From an uncultured bacterium (GTDB lineage Bacteria > Acidobacteriota > Thermoanaerobaculia > Multivoradales > JAHZIX01), in assembly GCA_965368975.1 (NCBI GenBank), contig CBDUPA010000001.1, positions 800,001-864,000 on the forward strand: 64,000 bases of DNA, written 5' to 3'. Of the stretch, positions 39,212 through 47,400 are shown in pieces. The notes below the pieces were generated by a model, which worked only from the letters and a program-made list of their open reading frames with translations, did not search any database and was not told where the DNA came from. Every line of letters begins with the position of its first letter. Within the stretch, counting starts at the first letter, position 1. The position numbers and the translations under genes are program-made.

Positions 39212-41998
39212 ATGACCGAGCGAGTCCACCAAGTCCAGCCAGTCCACTCAGCGCCCGGCGCCCGTGCACTGGATCTCGTGGAGCGTGTGCTGGAAGTGCC
39301 GGTGGAGAAGCGCGCCGAGCTTCTCGACGCCGAGTGCCCGGATCCGGCGGTTCGCCGGGAGGTCGAAGTGCTGCTGGCGGCCGACGCGGCGGCGGAAGGG
39401 TTTCTGGAAGGCCCCGCCCTGGAGCGCGATGAGGACGGTTCGGGTCTCGAGATCGGACCGTACCGCCTGCTGCACAAGCTCGGCGAGGGTGGCATGGGGG
39501 AGGTGTGGGAGGCCGAGCAGGTTTCACCGGTGCGGCGCCGCGTGGCGCTCAAGCGCATTCGGGGAGGCATGAGCCGTGCCGATGTCGTGGCACGCTTCGA
39601 GTCCGAGCGTCAGGCTTTGGCGTGGATGAGTCATCCCAACATCGCCACGGTGTTCGACGCCGGTAGCGACACCGAGGGTCAGCCGTACTTCGTCATGGAA
39701 CTGGTCGAGGGTTTACCGATCACTGACTATTGCCGTCACCGTGGGCTGAATCTGCACCAGCGCCTGCAACTCTTCGCCGCGCTCTGCGACGGCGTCCAGC
39801 ACGCACACCAGAAGGGTGTTCTGCATCGCGACCTCAAGCCGTCCAACCTGCTGGTTGTCGAGCAGGACGGTCCGCAAGGGCGCAAGGTTCCGGTGCCCAA
39901 GATCATCGACTTCGGCATTGCCAAGGCGCTGCACCCGGCTGCTGTCACGAGTTCGTCGGTGGAGGCACTCGAGACCGAAGTCGGCCAGTGGATGGGGACG
40001 CCGGAGTACATGAGTCCGGAGCAGGCAGAGTGGACCCGGCTTGGCGTCGACACGCGTAGCGACGTCTATGCGCTCGGCGCGGTGCTCTATGAGTTGCTCT
40101 GCGGGCACTTGCCCTTCCGCCGCGACGAGCGCGGCCTCGAGGCGCTGCGGCGGCGCATCCGAGAGGAAGACCCGCGGCCGCCCAGCGCCCTGGTTGGGGA
40201 GGTAGGAGAGGCTCGAATCGAAGCTCGCCGGCTGCGCGGCGATCTCGACTGCATCGTGCTCAAGGCGCTGGAGAAAGAGCGTGGCCACCGCTACGGCTCG
40301 GCGGCGGAACTGGCCGCGGATGTCCGACGTTACTTGAACCAGCAGCCGGTATCGGCACGGCCACCATCCCTGCGCTATCGGCTGGGCAAGTGGGTACGGC
40401 GCCATCGTCGCGCCACGGTGCTGGGGGCGGTCGTCTTGGTGGCGCTCCTGGTCGCGGCGGCCGGCGTGGTGGTCGGGGTGGTGCGTGCACAGCGCGAGGC
40501 ACGGATGGCACGGCAGGTGGCGACGGTGCTGGAAGAGACGCTGGCCGGGCTCGATCCCGGGGATCCGCGCACCAGCGCTGGTTCGCCTGCCACTCTGCTG
40601 GCGCTGGGTGCCGAGCGCATCGAGGCGCAACTCGGCGACCAGCCACGCGTGCGTGCGCGGCTGCTGGGCACGGTGGGCCGTATTTACCGCAACCTGGCCC
40701 GCTACGACGAGGCTCGACCGCTGTTGCAAGAGTCGCTGGCGCTACACCTGCAGGAGTATGGCCGCGAGCACGAGCGCGTCGGTGCTGCGCATCACGATCT
40801 GGGCTGGTTGGCCTATGCCAACGGTGACTATGTACAAGCGCGAGAACACTTCGCCGAGGCGCTCGACATCCACCAGGCAGTGCTCGGCATTGAGCATCCG
40901 AAGGTGGCCTGGACGCTCAAGGATCTTGCTCTGGTGCTGTGGAAAGACGGGGAGCCGCGCGCCGCCAAGCCACTCTTGGAGCGGGCGCGCGAGCTGCTGC
41001 GGCCGTTCGGTGACGAGCATTCCCTGGTGGCGGACGTCCTCTATCACCAGGGCCTGGTGCTCAAGGCCCTGGACGAGGACGTGGCAGCGGTGGCCGTTCT
41101 GGAACAGGCGCTGGCGATTCATCGCCGGCTGCACGGGGACCGTCACCCGCTGATCGCCTGGGACCTGCTCGATCTCGGCCACGCACGCCGTCGTCTGGAG
41201 GGTCCGGACGCCGGCCGGCCTCTGATGCAGGAGGCGCTGGACATCCAGCGGGAGGTCTTCGGCGACGACCACCCCAATGTTGCGTTCCCATTGCTGCTGC
41301 TCGCCGATCTGGAGAGTTCGGCCCATCGGCTCGAGGCGGCAGAGGGCTACTACCAGCAGGTGCTCGATCTGCGGCGCCAGGCGTTGGGTCAGCAGCACCC
41401 AGACCTCGTGCGTCCCTTGCTCGGCCTGGCACGGCTGGCGCGCGAGGCGGGACAGCTCGATCGCGCCGAGGCGTTGCTGCTGGAAGCCAGGGAACTGCGC
41501 GAGCTGGCGCTCGGCGGTGAGCACCCCTTGTTGGCCGAGGTGCTCGATGGCCAGGCGCGGCTCGCGCACCAGCGGGGAGATTTCGAGACTTCGGTCAGCC
41601 TCTTCGAGCAGGCCCTGCCCTGGATCGACCAGACGTACGGTGTGGAGCACGTGCGGGCGAACCGCTGGCGCATCAATCTTGCTTGGGCGCTGGCGTCCGC
41701 GCGCCGGCTGCCCGAGTCGCGTGCTCTATTGGAGGACGTCTTGGACCACGAGGCCAGCCTGTCGGCGACCTCAGCCGGACGCACGCTGCTGCAGTCCGGA
41801 CGCTACAACCTGGCCTGCGTGCTGGTTGCCCAGCAACAACCTGCGCAGGCGCTGGAGCACCTGCGCAGGGCGGTGGCAGAGGGACATGCGTTCCACGGCT
41901 ACCTCGACGATCCGGATCTCGACCCATTGCGCCAGAACCCTGAGTTCGAAGTTCTGGTGGCCGAGGTCCGGCGGCGGCTGGCGAACGCGGAGCGCTAG
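39212..41998 (+). CDS. Membrane Ser/Thr protein kinase with TPR repeats (ECF-associated)
   Basis: GEGGMGEV, VALK, HRDLKPSN, DFG, GTPEYMSPEQ; transmembrane helix; TPRs; C-terminal YNLAC...DPDLDPLR. Start moved to ATG 39212. Confidence 0.92.
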   Translation: MTERVHQVQPVHSAPGARALDLVERVLEVPVEKRAELLDAECPDPAVRREVEVLLAADAAAEGFLEGPALERDEDGSGLEIGPYRLLHKLGEGGMGEVWEAEQVSPVRRRVALKRIRGGMSRADVVARFESERQALAWMSHPNIATVFDAGSDTEGQPYFVMELVEGLPITDYCRHRGLNLHQRLQLFAALCDGVQHAHQKGVLHRDLKPSNLLVVEQDGPQGRKVPVPKIIDFGIAKALHPAAVTSSSVEALETEVGQWMGTPEYMSPEQAEWTRLGVDTRSDVYALGAVLYELLCGHLPFRRDERGLEALRRRIREEDPRPPSALVGEVGEARIEARRLRGDLDCIVLKALEKERGHRYGSAAELAADVRRYLNQQPVSARPPSLRYRLGKWVRRHRRATVLGAVVLVALLVAAAGVVVGVVRAQREARMARQVATVLEETLAGLDPGDPRTSAGSPATLLALGAERIEAQLGDQPRVRARLLGTVGRIYRNLARYDEARPLLQESLALHLQEYGREHERVGAAHHDLGWLAYANGDYVQAREHFAEALDIHQAVLGIEHPKVAWTLKDLALVLWKDGEPRAAKPLLERARELLRPFGDEHSLVADVLYHQGLVLKALDEDVAAVAVLEQALAIHRRLHGDRHPLIAWDLLDLGHARRRLEGPDAGRPLMQEALDIQREVFGDDHPNVAFPLLLLADLESSAHRLEAAEGYYQQVLDLRRQALGQQHPDLVRPLLGLARLAREAGQLDRAEALLLEARELRELALGGEHPLLAEVLDGQARLAHQRGDFETSVSLFEQALPWIDQTYGVEHVRANRWRINLAWALASARRLPESRALLEDVLDHEASLSATSAGRTLLQSGRYNLACVLVAQQQPAQALEHLRRAVAEGHAFHGYLDDPDLDPLRQNPEFEVLVAEVRRRLANAER

Positions 41999-42699
41999 AA
42001 CCGATAGGCGACGCCGACGCGCAACAGTAGTGGATCGAGTTCCAAGATGGACGTGGCTTGGTCTGCCTGGTTGGTCAGCTCCAGCTTGGTGTCGAGTTTC
42101 TCGGCCTCGACATGCAGGGACCAACGATGGTTGCGTAAGGGGATGTTGCTCAGGGGAATGTAGGCGCCGAGCGCCATGCTAGCGGTCCAGTCGTCCTCGG
42201 CGGCAAAGCGCTGGCAGCCGAGCTGCGGTTGGCTGAGGGTGACGTCGCCGAAGGTAACCCAGGCCAGACGGCCGGCCAGGTAGAGGTCGACGCGGCTATC
42301 CGGCGTCAGGTGCCAGGCGATGCCGACAGTCAAGGGCGTCATGCCGGGTGAGTCACCGAGCCGCACTGGACCGACTGGCGAACTCGGCAACCGCACATTG
42401 AGGCGCGTCGAGGTGTGGCTGAAACCGAAGTCGACGCCAAAGCGACGTGAGAAGCGGTACTCGGCGCTGAGCCCATAGCCGAGGTCGCTGTCGGCGTCGA
42501 TGGGCACCGGCTGGCCGTCGGCGGTGCGGCCGGTGGCGTCGAGACTGAAGTCGACGTACGCCAGGTCGGCACGCAGGCGCCAGCCGCGGTAGTCGTTCGC
42601 TTGTGCCTGGACGCTGGTGGCTTCCAGAGCCAGGCTCAGGCCGACGAGCAGTAAGGCGGCGAGCAGAAGACGTGGGAAGGGGAAGTGAGGATTCGACAT
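41995..42699 (-). CDS. Outer membrane beta-barrel protein (OmpW-like)
   Basis: Signal peptide (VQA-QA), amphipathic strands, DPLLLRVGVAYRF terminal-Phe signature; AGGAG RBS before ATG 42699. Confidence 0.82.
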   Translation of the reverse strand: MSNPHFPFPRLLLAALLLVGLSLALEATSVQAQANDYRGWRLRADLAYVDFSLDATGRTADGQPVPIDADSDLGYGLSAEYRFSRRFGVDFGFSHTSTRLNVRLPSSPVGPVRLGDSPGMTPLTVGIAWHLTPDSRVDLYLAGRLAWVTFGDVTLSQPQLGCQRFAAEDDWTASMALGAYIPLSNIPLRNHRWSLHVEAEKLDTKLELTNQADQATSILELDPLLLRVGVAYRF

Positions 42700-42830
42700 G
42701 AGGTTCTCCTGAGGGACGTCGTTGAGGATCAGTACAGCGAAAGGCTGATACCTGCTTTCCTCCAAGGGCGCGAGAACCGGCTGGTGAATCGATCACGGTG
42801 GTGGCAACTTTCTCCCGCAGAGTCGTTCCG

Positions 42831-42897
42831 AGTGCTTTCCCAGTGCTTCATCCCAGTGCTTCATCTCGGTGCTTCATCCCAGAGCTTCTTCCAGAGC
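42831..42897. repeat. Degenerate ~13-bp tandem repeat (AGTGCTTCATCCC, ~5 copies)
   Basis: agtgctttccc / agtgcttcatccc / agtgcttcatctc / ggtgcttcatccc / agagcttcttcc / agagc. Confidence 0.8.
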
Positions 42898-42967
42898 AAC
42901 TACCCGAGCGTCTCGCCCGCGTGTTCGATAGCATCCGGCGTATGAAGAGCACGGCAAGGGAGAGAAC

Positions 42968-43612
42968 ATGACGGAGACTGGCCGTGAGACGGTGACGCAC
43001 CTGCTGCGCGCCTGGGCCGCGGGAGAGGATGCGGCCGCCGATGCCTTGCTGGACACCATCTATCCAGAGCTACGCCGGCTCGCCGCTGCTGCCTTGCGCC
43101 GCGAACGCCCGGGGCACACCCTGCAGCCGACCGCGCTGGTGCACGAGGCCTACCTGCGTCTGGTCGACCAGCACGCTGTCGAGTGGCAGAGCCGCGGGCA
43201 CTTCTTTGCCCTGGCGGCGCGCATGATCCGCCGCATCTTGGTCGACCACGCGCGCCGACGCGGCTATGCCAAGCGCGGTGGCAACTGGGTGCGAGTCTCG
43301 TTCGCCGGCATCGAACCCACGCTTTTCGCTCGCGGTGAGGCCGAGCGGCCGCAAGATCTGGTGGCTCTGGACGACGCTTTGCGGCGTCTGGCTGAGATCG
43401 ATGAAGCGAAAGCCAAGCTGGTCGAGCTGCGCTACTTCGGCGGTTTGCAGGTGCAGGAAATCGCCGAGCTGGAGGGTTTGTCGACCGCCACTGTCAATCG
43501 CCGCTGGCGTGCTGCCCGAGCCTGGCTCTTTCAAGCCCTGAAGCCCGAAGATTCGGCGGCAGACTCTGACGGCGAAGCCGCTTCCCAGGCGGGCTCCGAA
43601 CGCGTACCATAG
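42968..43612 (+). CDS. ECF sigma-70 factor, kinase-associated type
   Basis: VTHLLRAW, IYPELRRLA, HTLQPTALVHEAYLRL, ELRYFGGL, WRAARAWL. Confidence 0.93.
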   Translation: MTETGRETVTHLLRAWAAGEDAAADALLDTIYPELRRLAAAALRRERPGHTLQPTALVHEAYLRLVDQHAVEWQSRGHFFALAARMIRRILVDHARRRGYAKRGGNWVRVSFAGIEPTLFARGEAERPQDLVALDDALRRLAEIDEAKAKLVELRYFGGLQVQEIAELEGLSTATVNRRWRAARAWLFQALKPEDSAADSDGEAASQAGSERVP

Positions 43613-43619
43613 GCTCCCC

Positions 43620-44978
43620 ATGGACAACCGCTCTCGCCAGGAGCTACCGCGCAGCGAAGAATCCGAGCGCGCGGTGCTCGCCGCCATCATGATCGAGCCG
43701 GGTATTCTGCCGATGATCTCGGCACGCCTGCGGGCGGAGGACTTCTACCTCGAGCGCCACCAGCTGGTCTATCGGTCGATGCTCGAGCTGCAGGACGCGC
43801 AGACCATCATCGACCTGCGTACGCTGCAGGGCAAGCTCGAGGAGCGCGGGCACCTGGAGCGGGCAGGGGGTCTGGCCTATCTCGCCAATCTGGATATCGA
43901 TCTGCCGGACCTGTCGCGGGTCGACAACTACGCCGAGATCGTCAAGGAACGCTCGGTACGGCGGCGCCTGATCCAGACCTCGGACGAGATCATTCGCGAC
44001 TGCCTGGAAGGCGGTCTGTCGGCCGAGGAAGCGCTGGCTCAGGCCGAGCAGTCGATCCTGACGCTGGGCGAAGAGACCATCCAGCGCGGCTTCGAGCAGC
44101 TGGGGAAGGTGCTCGAAGACGCGGTGCTGGAGTTGGAGGATCGTCCCGGCACGGCGCTGATCGGCGTGCCCACTGGCTACCGCCGCTTCGACGAGATCAC
44201 CCATGGCCTCAACCGTGGTGCCCTGGTCATCATCGCCGGCCGACCGGGCATGGGCAAGACCAGTCTGGCCCTCAACATGGCACAGCACGTGGCGATGCGC
44301 GAGGGCCGTTCGGTGGCCGTGTTTTCCCTCGAGATGAGCTCCCAGGAACTGGCCATGCGCATGCTGTGCGCCGAGGCGCAGGTGCCCTTTTCCAAGCTGC
44401 GCCAGGGGCTCTTGTCACAAGAGCGTTGGGACGCGGTGCACGCGGCGGTCGATCGAGCGCGGGATGCTCCGTTGTACATCGACGATTCACCCAATCCGAC
44501 CTTCCTCGAGATTGCCTCCAAGGCACGTCGCCTCAAGGCTGAGAAGGGACTCGAACTGCTGATTCTCGACTACCTGCAGTTGATGCAGGCGGGCGGCAAG
44601 TATGAGAACCGCAACCTCGAGATCGCCTCGATCAGCCGCGGCCTCAAGCAGCTGGCCAAGGAGTTGGAGATCCCGGTAATCGCGCTGTCGCAGCTGTCAC
44701 GCAATCCGGAAAAGCGCACCGGTGACCATCGGCCGCAGCTCGCCGACCTGCGTGAGTCTGGCGCTATCGAGCAGGATGCCGACCTGGTGGCCTTCGTTTT
44801 CCGCGAAGAGGTCTACAAACCTGACGATCCCGAACTGGAAGGCCGTGCCGAGTTGATCATCGCCAAGCACCGTAGTGGCGAGACCGGAAGCGTGCCGCTG
44901 ATCTTCCTGGGTGAGTACACCGCCTTCGTCAACCCGGACCCGGACGGCTTTGACGCCACCGGTCCGCCGCCCTTCTAG
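43620..44978 (+). CDS. dnaB: Replicative DNA helicase
   Basis: N-terminal E.AVL/DFY...HQ domain, GRPGMGKT Walker A, FSLEM, DYLQLM, LSQLSR, DLRESGAIEQDAD, AKHRSG. Confidence 0.96.
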   Translation: MDNRSRQELPRSEESERAVLAAIMIEPGILPMISARLRAEDFYLERHQLVYRSMLELQDAQTIIDLRTLQGKLEERGHLERAGGLAYLANLDIDLPDLSRVDNYAEIVKERSVRRRLIQTSDEIIRDCLEGGLSAEEALAQAEQSILTLGEETIQRGFEQLGKVLEDAVLELEDRPGTALIGVPTGYRRFDEITHGLNRGALVIIAGRPGMGKTSLALNMAQHVAMREGRSVAVFSLEMSSQELAMRMLCAEAQVPFSKLRQGLLSQERWDAVHAAVDRARDAPLYIDDSPNPTFLEIASKARRLKAEKGLELLILDYLQLMQAGGKYENRNLEIASISRGLKQLAKELEIPVIALSQLSRNPEKRTGDHRPQLADLRESGAIEQDADLVAFVFREEVYKPDDPELEGRAELIIAKHRSGETGSVPLIFLGEYTAFVNPDPDGFDATGPPPF

Positions 44979-45010
44979 ATCGGCCACGCGCTCAGGACTC
45001 GACAATCTCC

Positions 45011-46441
45011 ATGCATCTCGACGTCACAGCCTTCACGCGCGCCCGTCACCAGCTCGCCTACAGCGTGCGCTGCCAGCACCCGCGGGTCGGTGAACTGAGT
45101 TTCCACACCTCGCTGTGGTACGACTCGGTAGACTTCTTCGCCCTGGAGGAGCGCTACGGCGATGCCTTCCTCCGCCGCATCTACTTCCACATCGTCGCCT
45201 TCGACGTCAATCGCCTGGTCAGTCTGCAGCCGGAGACGATCGATTTCGGTCCGTTACAGGATTGCGTGACCCCGAGCTTCGAGCAGCTGTGGCAGCGCAT
45301 CGTGCACGGTGTGTGGGCCCAGTGGCGTTACGAGAACTCCCTGCCGGCGTATCGCGGGCCCTGTATGGAGGTTGCCGCGTCCAAGGAGGAGACGGTCTCG
45401 ATTCGCTCTGCCGGTGAGGTGTCTGAGGACAGGCCAGCACGCAGCTTGGCCTTCTGCGGCGGCGGCAAAGACAGCTTGCTCACGCTGCGTCTACTGGAAG
45501 ACGCCGGCGAGCCCTACGACACGCTGGTCTACTCGTACTCTGTCTACGGCCAGCACCCGCACCAGCACGAGCTCGTCGAGGGGCTGCTCGGTCACTTCAG
45601 CGGAGGTCGACGCCACCGCATCTGGATCTTCGACGACTTCCTACCGAGCCCGGTTCTCGACTGCAGTCCGGAGCTCGGCATCCGTACCCTGTGCGCCGCC
45701 GAGACGCCGTCCTCCGTCTTCGCCGCGCTGCCCGTCGCGCTGGCGCATGGCCTCAGCCGCTTGGTCGTGGGCCACGAGCGCAGTGCTGACGTGGGTAACA
45801 TGGTGTGGAACGAGACGGGCGAGGAGGTGAATCACCAGTGGGGCAAGTCGCTCGAAGCTGAGCGCCTGCTGGCCGACTACGTGCGCGATGCCCTGGTACG
45901 CGACGTGGACTACTGCAGCATCTTGAAGCCGATTTATGATCCGGTGATCTTCGCGTCCTTGACCGACGCCCCGAGCCTGCGTGCGATCGGCGCGACACAT
46001 TCCTGCAACGTCGACAAGCCGTGGTGTGGCCACTGCGCCAAGTGCGCCTATGTGTGGCTGAACTACTGTGCCTACCTGCCGGCCGGCCTCGCCGAGCCGA
46101 TCTTCGGCCGCGACCTGTTCGAGGACCCGCGCAACGACCTGTGGTTCCGTCAGCTGCTCGGCTTGGAGGAGCACACGCCCTTCGAGTGCGTTGGTCGTGT
46201 CGAGGAGGTTCGCCTGGCCTTCGAACTCTGCCGCGTCCGTGGATATCAGAACCGCTGGATCGAGCGCTACACCGAGGCTTTCCCGCAGCCGCTGACCGCC
46301 ACGCAGGTCGAGCCCTGCTTCGAGGTTGCCGTGCACAACCATGCGCTGCCGGCGGAACTGGCGCGGCGCATCCTGCCAGAACTTGTTGCACGCGCCGATC
46401 GTGCCCGAGAGTGGGTCGCCGCGCACGTGTTGGCTGGTTGA
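45011..46441 (+). CDS. MurL-like ATP-dependent epimerase (PP-loop family), divergent
   Basis: GGGKDS, HERSA, VNHQWGKS, HSCN, WCGHCAKC, HTPFECVG match motifs recalled for MurL (UDP-MurNAc-L-Ala-L-Glu epimerase). Confidence 0.7.
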   Translation: MHLDVTAFTRARHQLAYSVRCQHPRVGELSFHTSLWYDSVDFFALEERYGDAFLRRIYFHIVAFDVNRLVSLQPETIDFGPLQDCVTPSFEQLWQRIVHGVWAQWRYENSLPAYRGPCMEVAASKEETVSIRSAGEVSEDRPARSLAFCGGGKDSLLTLRLLEDAGEPYDTLVYSYSVYGQHPHQHELVEGLLGHFSGGRRHRIWIFDDFLPSPVLDCSPELGIRTLCAAETPSSVFAALPVALAHGLSRLVVGHERSADVGNMVWNETGEEVNHQWGKSLEAERLLADYVRDALVRDVDYCSILKPIYDPVIFASLTDAPSLRAIGATHSCNVDKPWCGHCAKCAYVWLNYCAYLPAGLAEPIFGRDLFEDPRNDLWFRQLLGLEEHTPFECVGRVEEVRLAFELCRVRGYQNRWIERYTEAFPQPLTATQVEPCFEVAVHNHALPAELARRILPELVARADRAREWVAAHVLAG

Positions 46442-46502
46442 GACTGGGTGTCTGAAACGCGGTGTTGCTGCTCGAGTGCCGGATTGTGGCATGATCATGA
46501 TC

Positions 46503-47288
46503 ATGAACGTCTGGCTTGCGCTTTTCCGGGGCATCAACGTCGGTGGCAAGAACATCTTGCCGATGAAAGACTTGGTACCCATCCTGGAAGGACTCGGTCT
46601 TGAATGCGTGCGCACCTACATCCAGAGCGGTAATGTAGTTTTCTGTGCACCCGAGCGACCGCAGCTAGAGACCGAGATAGCCGACCGCATTGAGGCGGAG
46701 CGCGGGTTTCGACCGCGGATCCTGCTCCTTGACGCCAGAAAGCTCCAGGCTTCCATGGCGGCCAATCCCTTTCCGCAAGCCGAGTCCGAGCCGAAGAGCC
46801 TGCATCTCTTCTTTCTGGAGCACGCACCACCATCACCGGATCTCGACGCGCTCCGGGCGGTGGAGAAGGAATCGGAACGCTTCGAGCTGATCGGCGACGT
46901 CTTCTACCTGCACGCCCCGGACGGCATAGGTCGTTCCAAGCTGGTGACCCAGGTCGAGAAGGCGCTCGGCGTCGCGGCGACGGCGCGGAACTGGCGGACG
47001 GCTACCAAGATCAAGGGGTTGGTGTCGGAGCTAGAGGACACCTATGGTTCAGGGCTGAATCTGGCCGACTGGAGACACATGCAGAAACTTCTCTTGCCGT
47101 TCATCCACGCCAAGGAGCCGGCTGCGGTCGCCATGCCTGCTGTCCCCGAGCACTTGCAGTCTCATCCTCTGATACAGATGATTCGTCGTTACCGTCAGTA
47201 CGGGCGCGAAGAGGACTTGGACGAGGCGGGAAGGCTCCTCTTCCCGACCGACAAGCCGTTCGACTGGTACCTGCCTCTGACCAAGTGA
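46503..47288 (+). CDS. DUF1697 domain protein with C-terminal extension
   Basis: ALFRGINVGGKN, TYIQSGNV, NPF, G.GRSKL, TARNWRT. Confidence 0.85.
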   Translation: MNVWLALFRGINVGGKNILPMKDLVPILEGLGLECVRTYIQSGNVVFCAPERPQLETEIADRIEAERGFRPRILLLDARKLQASMAANPFPQAESEPKSLHLFFLEHAPPSPDLDALRAVEKESERFELIGDVFYLHAPDGIGRSKLVTQVEKALGVAATARNWRTATKIKGLVSELEDTYGSGLNLADWRHMQKLLLPFIHAKEPAAVAMPAVPEHLQSHPLIQMIRRYRQYGREEDLDEAGRLLFPTDKPFDWYLPLTK

Positions 47289-47400
47289 ACATTCCTGACT
47301 GCCAAGAGCTGCCTGCCTCGACGCCGGATGTCGCCGCTTCGATCGGCGCCTTCTGTGATCAGCTCGGGCTGCGATAGCCGCGAGGCAGGCTTCACCTCGA

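Noticed and set aside
42831-42897. CRISPR array
   Set aside because: Units are ~13 bp, contiguous, have no unique spacers, and there are no cas genes.
31172-43612. Integrative island inserted at tRNA-Leu
   Set aside because: Content looks accessory, but I found no integrase or transposase and no duplicated tRNA 3' end (att site) in the window.
43620-44978. Prophage or plasmid replication module around dnaB
   Set aside because: No initiator, primase, structural or partition genes nearby, and no intein in dnaB.
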